From positions 1 through 31,463 of the forward strand of contig JADHND010000001.1 of the NCBI GenBank assembly GCA_016779685.1: 31,463 nucleotides of DNA, given 5' to 3'. Position numbers and translations under genes: made by a program. The DNA comes from Shewanellaceae bacterium. Lineage in GTDB: Bacteria > Pseudomonadota > Gammaproteobacteria > Enterobacterales > Shewanellaceae. The notes under the pieces were generated by a model. It did no database searches and was not told the DNA's origin. It worked only from the letters and a program-made list of their open reading frames with translations. Positions within the stretch are counted from its first letter, which is position 1. The number at the start of each line of letters is the position of its first letter. Positions 1 through 7,917 of the stretch are shown here, piece by piece.

Positions 1-1
1 T

Positions 2-262
2 GAACCAAAAACCGTACAACGGCGTATTGGTGACTTAATAACGCCTTATAGTAAAAAAACGGCTCAGCACACCTTAGAGCAGGTGGCTGAAGTCGCTGAT
101 GATGTGCGTTATTGGGCGCAGCGAGAGGATACATCCGGTCTCGCAGCCGCAATTACTGAAATGGAACACAAGATGCTGGAACATGCAAAAAATCTGGAGT
201 TTGAAAAAGCGGCTCAGTTACGCGACCAAGTGAGTCAGTTGCGGATCTTATTGCTCAAATAA
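2..262 (+). CDS. uvrB: Excinuclease ABC subunit B, C-terminal fragment (gene starts before the window)
   Basis: My translation of frame 2 is open from the window edge to TAA 260-262 and ends EMEHKMLEHAKNLEFEKAAQLRDQVSQLRILLLK. This matches the UvrB C-terminal UVR domain (E. coli [23 protein letters not shown]). Confidence 0.93.
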   Translation, partial: EPKTVQRRIGDLITPYSKKTAQHTLEQVAEVADDVRYWAQREDTSGLAAAITEMEHKMLEHAKNLEFEKAAQLRDQVSQLRILLLK

Positions 263-277
263 GGACATGTAGACAGA

Positions 278-886
278 TCATTTTAGTCGCTTGATTTTTT
301 CAGGGCGAGGCAGGGTGAAGGGAAAAATCAGCCCCAAGATCAAACCCGTCAATGCTCCAAACAGGTTAGCATTGGCGGGAATATCTGCTTGAATCAACAT
401 CTGTAAACCTGGGAAGTTCGGCCCGAATTCATCCATCGCCACCTTGATGACGACGAGTAACAGCAGGACATAACCACTGCGCTGCTGGCAATGTAAATCT
501 GCAATGGCGCCGATGACCACCAATCCATGGAGGATGCCACTTAGACCAATGTAATAGACTGTGTTGGGATCCAAGTAGTGAATCCCCGCACTGACGCCGA
601 TCATCAGCATCGGTATCATCAAGCACCATTGCCATAATTTGTAATGGCGGCTGTGAAGCAAGCCAATGAACCACAGCATAATGATGTTTAACACCAAATG
701 AAATTCACCCGTATGCATAAAGTGTGCGGTGATCAAGCGATAGAGTTGCACCCCTTGCCCCACAATGTAACGATTGTATTGATACTGAGGGAGTGGGTAG
801 TAATAAGTTAGAAGGTAACATATGCCGCCAATGGCAAGAAATAGCAACCAACCCCGTCTAGGATCTTCATAAGAGAATCTAGACAT
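278..886 (-). CDS. rrtA: Rhombosortase-type rhomboid intramembrane serine protease; catalytic His appears replaced by Asn
   Basis: Multi-TM 202 aa protein with YRLITAHFMHT-G-x-x-HLVLN and YYIGLSGILHG (GxSG catalytic Ser), typical of GlyGly-CTERM rhombosortases. TM6 reads ANLFG instead of AHLxG. Confidence 0.8.
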   Translation of the reverse strand: MSRFSYEDPRRGWLLFLAIGGICYLLTYYYPLPQYQYNRYIVGQGVQLYRLITAHFMHTGEFHLVLNIIMLWFIGLLHSRHYKLWQWCLMIPMLMIGVSAGIHYLDPNTVYYIGLSGILHGLVVIGAIADLHCQQRSGYVLLLLVVIKVAMDEFGPNFPGLQMLIQADIPANANLFGALTGLILGLIFPFTLPRPEKIKRLK

Positions 887-983
887 AAGGTCGCAACATG
901 TCGGTTTGAAAGATGGTTTCCATGGGCTATTGTGATCTTCTCAACATAACTTGTTTTAATCTTATTATAGCCTTTTTTTAAAA

Positions 984-1012
984 AAAGAGGCCACTCGTTG
1001 TAGGCGGTGGCT
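984..1012 (-). terminator. Probable intrinsic terminator of the GDT1-family gene
   Basis: Minus strand reads GCCAC-(12 nt)-GTGGC followed by CTCTTTTTTT, just after the stop at 1021. Confidence 0.55.
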
Positions 1013-1020
1013 GCAAAGGA

Positions 1021-1695
1021 TTATGGTTGCGGCGCAAGCTGCTTAGATTCAGCAGGTGCATCGGTATCAAGCCAGGCATGGATTTGATTCGTGGTTTGTT
1101 CAATGATTGAAGTTGGTGTGTCTTGTTGTGCATGGTATAGACCATAGCACCCAAAACCAACGAATATGAGCGCAGCTATCTGTTGGAGCAATTTCACAGG
1201 TAATTTCTCCATGCTGTAGCTAGCGAGGTAAATCATAGGGATATTGGTGAGCATCGTGCCTATCGTGATGCCCACGACTACCCATAAAATAGAATCAAAA
1301 TTGGCTGCTAGCAAAATGGTAGACAATTGAGTTTTATCACCAATTTCAGCGAGAAAAAACAACACAAAGCTGGCGATAAAAGCGCCGTAGCTATTCATCT
1401 TTGACGCCGTGGTTGCTGCATTCGCTTCGGTTTCAGGTACCAGCATCCATAAGCCCAGCGCAATAAAAGCGCCACTTAAAACTGGCGTCAGTTGCGCCGG
1501 CGAAATCCAGTGGTTGAGATAGATGCCTAAATAAGCTGCCAAGCTGTGGTTGGCAATCGTGGCTAGAAAAATACCTAACATGATTAATTTTTTATTGGTG
1601 AAGCGCGTAGCTAAGAAAAAGGTGAGCACTTGAGTTTTATCACCAATTTCGGAAATTGTTGCGATTACGGCGGCTGTGGCTGTTATTTCTAGCAT
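1021..1695 (-). CDS. TMEM165/GDT1 (UPF0016) family putative Ca2+/Mn2+ transporter
   Basis: Two copies of the family motif (SEIGDKTQ, AEIGDKTQ) and hydrophobic helices. I chose ATG 1695 over the ORF-track start 1782 because the first motif normally lies about 15 aa from the N-terminus. Confidence 0.9.
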   Translation of the reverse strand: MLEITATAAVIATISEIGDKTQVLTFFLATRFTNKKLIMLGIFLATIANHSLAAYLGIYLNHWISPAQLTPVLSGAFIALGLWMLVPETEANAATTASKMNSYGAFIASFVLFFLAEIGDKTQLSTILLAANFDSILWVVVGITIGTMLTNIPMIYLASYSMEKLPVKLLQQIAALIFVGFGCYGLYHAQQDTPTSIIEQTTNQIHAWLDTDAPAESKQLAPQP

Positions 1696-1835
1696 CGTTC
1701 TATATAATGGTTGTTTTCGAAGCGGTTGCTCAAGTATATAGTTTTTTATGCTAATTAGTAAATTGATTCTTGTTGCAAACAATCTTTTTTCAATAGAGCA
1801 CGCGACGTATAGATGTAATGAGGATATAAAAAATA

Positions 1836-3038
1836 GTGAATAGTAAAATACTGGGCTCTGTGTTTATGGTCGCAGGTGTGGCTATAGGAGCGGGGATGTT
1901 AGCTTTACCGTTGGTCACCGCATCTATGGGGTTTTTGTATGCAACTTTATTGCTGGTGGTGACTTGGCTCATGAGTTTGTATGCTGGTCTGTTGATGTTA
2001 GAAGTTAATTTAAGATTAGGACAAGAGGTTAATTTATTTACCGCTGTAGGTTCGGTGCTCGGGCGACCGGCTCAATGGGTGATTAATCTGGCGTATTTAT
2101 TGTTGTTGTTCGCTTTAACCGCGGCTTATTTAGCTGGGGGCGCTGCGTTGTTGATGGACAAACTTAATCCATTGCTAGGTGTGCAATGGTCTGCTAATAC
2201 CTACGTCATTCTGTTTACTTTGGGACTGGGTTCGGTGATTGGATTTGGTGTCACTTGGGTCGAAAGGGTGAGCAGCGTTTTTTTTATCTTAAAATTGGTG
2301 GCTTTTGGAATTTTGTTGGTGCTGGCTGCACAGGTACTCACCCCCGCACAATTGACATGGCTACCGAAGATACAGGATGTTTCAGAGCAATCGTGGTTGG
2401 TGGCGTTGCCTGTTATATTTACCTCTTTTGGTTTTCACGTGTGCATCTCGGTCCTGGTTAAACATTTAGAAGGCGATGTCTCGGCCTTAAAAAAAATCTT
2501 GGTGTTGGGTTCAGCTTTGCCTTTGCTGTTTTACGTGTTATGGCTGATCGTGAGTTTCGGTATCATTCCAAATAGGGTATTAAATCACCTAGCCGGCGAT
2601 TTGACCAACATGACCCATTGGATGAATGCAACAGTTGATACTGCTTGGTTTCGCTATAGCTTGGCTTTGTTTACAGATTTGGCACTCATCACCTCATTTC
2701 TAGGTGTATCTGTTGCCTTGTTTGATTTTATTCGCCAAACCGCCAAGATCTCCACAGATGGTATCCAAGCCAAACTAGGGACTTGGGGGCTGACTTTTAC
2801 ACCGCCCATTTTATGTGTGCTTATTTTTCCGGGTAGCTTTTTAACAGTGCTGACCTTTGCCGCCTTACCTGCGGTCATTTTGATTGTGATGATGCCCATT
2901 GCAATGCGGCTTAAATTACAACGTACGACGGGTACCTCAGATGCCATGATACCTTACCGCGTAGGCGGGGGGAGACTGGGGCTTGGACTGCTGGCGGTGT
3001 ATGGAGTTTTGCTCCTCGCCGCACAATTTTTTGCTTAG
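1836..3038 (+). CDS. tyrP: Aromatic amino acid permease (HAAAP family, TyrP/Mtr-like)
   Basis: N-terminus LGSVFMVAGVAIGAGMLALP, FTSFGFH and ALITSFLGV motifs, 400 aa, about 11 TM. Exact substrate not determinable. Confidence 0.8.
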   Translation: MNSKILGSVFMVAGVAIGAGMLALPLVTASMGFLYATLLLVVTWLMSLYAGLLMLEVNLRLGQEVNLFTAVGSVLGRPAQWVINLAYLLLLFALTAAYLAGGAALLMDKLNPLLGVQWSANTYVILFTLGLGSVIGFGVTWVERVSSVFFILKLVAFGILLVLAAQVLTPAQLTWLPKIQDVSEQSWLVALPVIFTSFGFHVCISVLVKHLEGDVSALKKILVLGSALPLLFYVLWLIVSFGIIPNRVLNHLAGDLTNMTHWMNATVDTAWFRYSLALFTDLALITSFLGVSVALFDFIRQTAKISTDGIQAKLGTWGLTFTPPILCVLIFPGSFLTVLTFAALPAVILIVMMPIAMRLKLQRTTGTSDAMIPYRVGGGRLGLGLLAVYGVLLLAAQFFA

Positions 3039-3191
3039 TTAGATCATTTTTTTCAGATTTCATCGAGAGGATTTTAGATTTAAAGCTCTGATTTTATTGT
3101 TTTATTTTCGTTTTTTGCAATGGTTTGAGAGGAATGATATAGTAAAAACGTATTATAACTATAATCGTTTTTTAACGTAAAAGGATTTTGT

Positions 3192-4517
3192 ATGTTGAAT
3201 TCATCTCAACCATCAACGCACCTCACTCGGCGTATGCTTGTTTTCATGTTAGTGGGTGCTTTATTAGGAATGGCGCTACGCCAGTTCGAGACCTCACAGG
3301 GTTGGCTGGTTTATGAATTTGCGCTGCCTTTGTTCGAAGTCATTGGACAAGGTTTTATTAGTCTACTTAAAATGCTGGTGGTTCCACTGGTGTTTGTATC
3401 ATTGATTTGCGGTATCAGCACATTAAGTGATGCCTCCAATATGGGGCGTCTCACCGCCAAAACCATTGCACTTTATCTGTTAACAACTGTGATTGCCATC
3501 AGTCTGGCGATGTTGATGGCTTCTGTGTTGCAGCCAGGGCATTCCGTTGAACAAAGTATGACCGATGTCGATGTCAATATTCCAGCTGCCCCAGCTTTGT
3601 ATGAGGTGATTCTGGATATGATTCCGACCAATCCAGTCCAGGCATTGGCTGACGGCAACATGCTACAAATTATTATATTTGCGGTGTTGCTGGGTTTGGC
3701 CATAAGTCAGTCAGGGCAGGCGGGTCAGAAAATCGCTCGTGGCTTTACCACCATCAATGAAGTCATGCTGGCTTTGGTCATGTTGGTGATGCGTTGCGCA
3801 CCGTGGGGGGTGCTGGCTTTGATGGCAAAATTAACCCTGACCCTTGGGGTAAGTGCTTTTGCATCGTTGGCCAACTACTTCTTGGTTGTGGTGGCGGTGT
3901 TGCTGGTGCAATTGTTGCTGGTCTATCCCACGCTGCTCAAGGTATTCAGTGGTTTAAACCCGTGGATCTTTTTGAAGAAAATGCGTCAGGCACAGTTGTT
4001 TGCTTTTGGCACGTCGAGCTCGTACGCGACTTTACCGGTAACAATGCAAACTTTGGTTGACAATATGGGCGTGAAACGTTTATTGGCTTCCTTTACGTTG
4101 CCATTGGGCTCAACCATTAACATGGATGGTACCGCCATTATGCAAGGGGTTGCGACAGTATTTATTGCTCAAATGTATCAAATCGATCTCAGTATGGGGC
4201 AATATGTGATGATCGTGGTGATGGCTACTTGTGCTTCTATAGGCACTGCTGGCGTACCTTCGGTAGGCTTGATTACCCTAGCTATGGTGTTGCAGCAGGT
4301 CAATGTACCCGTTGAGGGAATTGCCATGATTATGGCGGTTGATCGACTCCTAGATATGCTGAGAACTGCGGTTAACATCAGTGGTGACGCCATGGTTACC
4401 TTGCTGGTGGCACATTCTGAGGCAGCGCTTGATCATCAGGTCTATGCACAACCGGTTTTACCGGAATCTAAAATAGCAGCGCCATTAGCCGAAGCTTCAA
4501 GTTATCCGGTTGGTTAA
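3192..4517 (+). CDS. Dicarboxylate/amino acid:cation symporter (DAACS, GltP/GltT-like)
   Basis: FISLLKMLVVPLVF, AFGTSSSYATLP, LPLGSTINMDGTA, ASIGTAGVP and AVDRLLDMLRTAVN signature motifs. Confidence 0.93.
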   Translation: MLNSSQPSTHLTRRMLVFMLVGALLGMALRQFETSQGWLVYEFALPLFEVIGQGFISLLKMLVVPLVFVSLICGISTLSDASNMGRLTAKTIALYLLTTVIAISLAMLMASVLQPGHSVEQSMTDVDVNIPAAPALYEVILDMIPTNPVQALADGNMLQIIIFAVLLGLAISQSGQAGQKIARGFTTINEVMLALVMLVMRCAPWGVLALMAKLTLTLGVSAFASLANYFLVVVAVLLVQLLLVYPTLLKVFSGLNPWIFLKKMRQAQLFAFGTSSSYATLPVTMQTLVDNMGVKRLLASFTLPLGSTINMDGTAIMQGVATVFIAQMYQIDLSMGQYVMIVVMATCASIGTAGVPSVGLITLAMVLQQVNVPVEGIAMIMAVDRLLDMLRTAVNISGDAMVTLLVAHSEAALDHQVYAQPVLPESKIAAPLAEASSYPVG

Positions 4518-4550
4518 TCGAGGTTTTTAATCGAGGGGGGATGAAGTTGG

Positions 4551-4660
4551 GGGGTAGCCTCCCAGCTGATTCTCGGCACATGATCCACTTACGACGGCTG
4601 CTTCCTTCCAGATCTGACCGGGTTAGCAAGTTTTCATTGCGAGATAACCAAGAGGCTACC
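4551..4660 (-). ncRNA. ffs: Signal recognition particle RNA (4.5S RNA)
   Basis: Minus strand reads GGTAGCCTCTTGGTTATCTCGCAA...GGTCAGATCTGGAAGGAAGCAGCC...TGTGCCGAGAATCAGCTGGGAGGCTACC. It contains the SRP domain IV core (E. coli TCAGGTCCGGAAGGAAGCAGC), the ends pair (GGTAGCCT/AGGCTACC), and length is about 110 nt. Confidence 0.93.
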
Positions 4661-4670
4661 ACTGACAATC

Positions 4671-4699
4671 ATTATCATGAATATTAACTTAAAAAGCAA
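4671..4699 (-). promoter_or_regulatory. Sigma70 promoter for ffs
   Basis: Minus strand TTGCTT (4699-4694), 17 nt spacer, GATAAT (4676-4671), about 10 nt upstream of the mature SRP 5' end. Confidence 0.7.
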
Positions 4700-4821
4700 G
4701 AGGTGATTCCGATAAATTCATGCATCGAGCTGTGTTTGGCTAGATGTTGTGCAAATGAGGCGCTATGAATGGGGCTAGGATGTGACGCCCTGACTCGAGG
4801 TAAGCAAGGGCGTCGCTAAAC

Positions 4822-6222
4822 TTAGATGTTCCAGAGGAATTTGGCAAGACCAAATAGAATGAAAACAGCAGCTATGTTAATAAACAGACCTGCTCGCACC
4901 ATTTCTCCTTGCTTGATATAGCCTGAACCATAGACAATGGCATTAGGCGGCGTACCGACTGGCAACATGAAAGCACAGTTAGCGGCAACACCGATCAAGG
5001 CACACGTGATGAATTCTGAGATACCAAAGGCTGCTCCAATGCTCGCAAAAATCGGCACCAACAAGGTTGCACTTGCGGTGTTACTGGCGAAGTTGGTGAG
5101 TAAGACCACAAAGCACAACAGTGTGAATAAGAACAAAGCAATCTCGGCGCCACCTAGGGCATCGGACAGCTGATGCGCTAAAAAAGCACTGGTGCCTGTA
5201 ACCGCAAGCACCTTGCTTAAGGTGATACCACCGCCGAATAAAATGAGGACACTCCATTCTGTGGTTTGTTGAATTTCAGACCATTTCACCAATCCCAATG
5301 CTGACAGCAGCAATACGGCACAGAGTGCAATGATGGTGTCAAAATACTTCATACCGCCCAGCATGGCGGCTAAGTCTTTGCTTTCAATCCAACAAAAAGC
5401 GGTCATAACGAAAATAGCGATGGTGGCTTTGGCTTTCAGCGTTAACGGTTCTTTGTTCTTGCTGACATGGCAGATAAAGAACAATTCAGGTTTAAACAAC
5501 GCGTATAAAGCCGCGAGCATCGTCGGCATCATTAACAGAACCGTCGGTATACCAAAAGACAACCATTCTTTGAAAGAAATGTTAGCTTGTGCAGCAGCGA
5601 TGGCATTCGGTGGACTGCCGAGCATGGTGCCAATGCCACCGATATTAGCTGAATAACCGACTCCAAGCAGCACGAAAACATAGGTTTTCAAATACTTTTG
5701 TCGATCCAATTGACTGAGTAAGCCTAATGCTAAGGGAATCATAATTGTGGTGGTAGCGGTGTTGCTAATCCACATCGATAAAAAGGCGGTCACCCCGAAC
5801 AGCATGAAGCAGGCAATGTGTAACCGTCCACGAGAAAACGATAGAAGGTTTTGCGCGATGAGCTTGTCTATCCCTTGTGAGTGGATGGCAGCGGCCAACA
5901 CAAACCCTCCAAAAAAGAGATAAATAATGGGATGTGAGAAGCCAGAAAGTGCATCTTTTGACTCAAAAATCCCTAAGAAAACAGATACCACAGGAATCAT
6001 TAAAGCTGTTATGCTTAAGTGGACTGCTTCAGTTAACCAGAGTAACGCAGCACACACCAGCAAAGCCAATCCTTGATTGATGGGCTGAGTGAAGGGCAGG
6101 TAGTTAATCATGGCAAAAAAGAGAGCAATGGTACCTATGAGTGAAATGTGTTTAGGGTTAATTTTCGAAGGCTTAGCGGGTTGCGCTAGCTCGGTTTCGG
6201 CGTATTGTTTGACTTGTTCCAT
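4822..6222 (-). CDS. DASS/SLC13 family di/tricarboxylate transporter (VcINDY-like)
   Basis: LSMWISNTATT, SANIGGIGT-x-x-GSPPNAI, FASNTASA and AFMLPVGTPPNAIVYGSG motifs; 466 aa. Confidence 0.92.
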   Translation of the reverse strand: MEQVKQYAETELAQPAKPSKINPKHISLIGTIALFFAMINYLPFTQPINQGLALLVCAALLWLTEAVHLSITALMIPVVSVFLGIFESKDALSGFSHPIIYLFFGGFVLAAAIHSQGIDKLIAQNLLSFSRGRLHIACFMLFGVTAFLSMWISNTATTTIMIPLALGLLSQLDRQKYLKTYVFVLLGVGYSANIGGIGTMLGSPPNAIAAAQANISFKEWLSFGIPTVLLMMPTMLAALYALFKPELFFICHVSKNKEPLTLKAKATIAIFVMTAFCWIESKDLAAMLGGMKYFDTIIALCAVLLLSALGLVKWSEIQQTTEWSVLILFGGGITLSKVLAVTGTSAFLAHQLSDALGGAEIALFLFTLLCFVVLLTNFASNTASATLLVPIFASIGAAFGISEFITCALIGVAANCAFMLPVGTPPNAIVYGSGYIKQGEMVRAGLFINIAAVFILFGLAKFLWNI

Positions 6223-6540
6223 AAAGATGAATTTACAGTAGAAGTGGGTTTATTGTGGCGGTAGTCTGTGCTTATTAACGCTAAATTTCAAGGAAAAATA
6301 TAAAAAAAAGACTAAATTAGAATCATGTTTTTATTTTGATTTTAAATCAATCACTTAGCTTTATTGAGACAAATGCTTCTATATGTAAAATATTGATTTA
6401 ATGTTACTTTTATCGACGCTTTATAGCAAAATCTTTTATTTTTAGTTACTTTGATTAACCTTGTTTTTTGTTCTATATTTAATACTATTGAATAAGCATT
6501 TGTTGCTTATTGTCGTCATTATTTGAGAGTTCTCATACTT

Positions 6541-7008
6541 ATGTTTACTAAAAAAACGAAACCTCTTACATTTATTTCTTCAGGCTGCAAAATTGATGGT
6601 GTCTTCAACTTTGAAGGAGATGCTCTCATCGCGGGAACATTAGATGGTCGAATTCAATCTAAGTCCAATGTTGTGATTGAAAAGCAGGGTATTTTTCAAG
6701 GACAGTTAAGTTGCCTCGAGCTACAAGTATCTGGTCGTTTTAATGGTTCTGTTAGTTGTCAGCGTCTCATTATACATAATGATGGATCTGTCGAAGGTGA
6801 GGTGTATTGTGAATACATGGAAATCTACGACCAAGGTCAATTCATTGGAGTGCGTGTTAAAGAAACCCCTAAATGGTTACTGAATCTACGTAACTTAAAT
6901 GAAGAAAACAGCGAAACCAATGTTGATATGAATAACCCGGACCTCACGCTAACCCAAGATGAAATTGACAAAAACAATGGGGTGAATGGTATTTTAATTA
7001 ACAGCTAG
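6541..7008 (+). CDS. Bactofilin (polymer-forming cytoskeletal, CcmA/DUF583 family)
   Basis: TFISSGCKIDGVFNFEGDALIAGTLDGRI and repeated [VI]xG beta-helix pattern, with an acidic low-complexity tail. Start is ATG 6541 or TTG 6523. Confidence 0.85.
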   Translation: MFTKKTKPLTFISSGCKIDGVFNFEGDALIAGTLDGRIQSKSNVVIEKQGIFQGQLSCLELQVSGRFNGSVSCQRLIIHNDGSVEGEVYCEYMEIYDQGQFIGVRVKETPKWLLNLRNLNEENSETNVDMNNPDLTLTQDEIDKNNGVNGILINS

Positions 7009-7258
7009 ATTGGGTGGGTATCATCCACTGCTGCCTACAAAATCGATTACTCTCCTCGTGGATTTGGTAGCGATAACTATTAAATCGACTTCAATTCGTT
7101 GTATAATACTTTTGTTTCTATCAACTGCATGGCTCAACATATTAGATGAGGCTGATTCAGTTGTTAGGTATACGCTCCGTGGATAGGTGTGTTTGATCCT
7201 TGGATCAGAGGCAACTGATTCCTCTATCTATACCCTTGTCACCAAAAAGTGCAGATTT

Positions 7259-7804
7259 ATGAATCAAGATCATTTAGAACAGATAAAAAAAAGCATCATC
7301 ACGGTTCCAGATTACCCTAAACCTGGTGTGATGTTTCGGGATATCACCTCGCTTCTTGAAGACCCTACGATCTTTCAGTTAACAATTGATGTGTTTGCAG
7401 CACATTATAAAGACAAACCGATTGATAAAATTGTGGGCACTGAGTCACGTGGGTTTATTTTTGGGGCGCCTTTAGCGCTGGCTTTAGGGCTGCCTTTTGT
7501 ATTGGCGCGTAAGCCTGGTAAGTTGCCTCGCGCTGTGGTTGCACAAAATTATGATTTAGAGTACGGGCAAGATTGTCTTGAAATTCATCAAGATGCCATT
7601 CAAGAACATGATAGGGTGCTCGTTGTCGATGATCTCTTAGCTACGGGAGGCACCGTCGAAGCTGTGGTCAAGCTGATACGTACCTTGGGTGGTCATGTCC
7701 ACCACTGTGCCTTTGTGGTTTCATTACCCGATTTAGGGGGACAAAAGCGTCTAGCAAATATGAAAGTGCAAACCATGCACCTTTGTGAATTTGCGGGTGA
7801 TTAG
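7259..7804 (+). CDS. apt: Adenine phosphoribosyltransferase
   Basis: [29 protein letters not shown] and PRPP motif [16 protein letters not shown] 7259 gives 181 aa, the typical size. Confidence 0.96.
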   Translation: MNQDHLEQIKKSIITVPDYPKPGVMFRDITSLLEDPTIFQLTIDVFAAHYKDKPIDKIVGTESRGFIFGAPLALALGLPFVLARKPGKLPRAVVAQNYDLEYGQDCLEIHQDAIQEHDRVLVVDDLLATGGTVEAVVKLIRTLGGHVHHCAFVVSLPDLGGQKRLANMKVQTMHLCEFAGD

Positions 7805-7843
7805 TCCTATCAAGTCCTTTTTTTAGGTTATATTATGTCCATT

Positions 7844-7873
7844 TTGGTCAGGAAAGATGATTTTCCTGACCAA
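7844..7873 (+). terminator. 12-bp hairpin between apt and dnaX (terminator or stabiliser)
   Basis: TTGGTCAGGAAA (7844-7855), 6 nt loop, TTTCCTGACCAA (7862-7873), followed by GTGTTTT (imperfect U tract). Confidence 0.5.
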
Positions 7874-7917
7874 GTGTTTTATGATATGCCTGTCTTGTTC
7901 GATTGTGGAAAAATGCT

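Noticed and set aside
4468-4668. 66 aa minus-strand ORF
   Set aside because: Overlaps the SRP RNA gene; spurious.
4784-4814. 8-bp inverted repeat after the DASS gene as a terminator
   Set aside because: 15 nt loop and no U tract on either side.
6336-6350. FNR box (TTGAT-N5-ATCAA palindrome) between the DASS and bactofilin genes
   Set aside because: FNR needs N4 spacing, and the AT-rich context makes a 7-1-7 palindrome plausible by chance.
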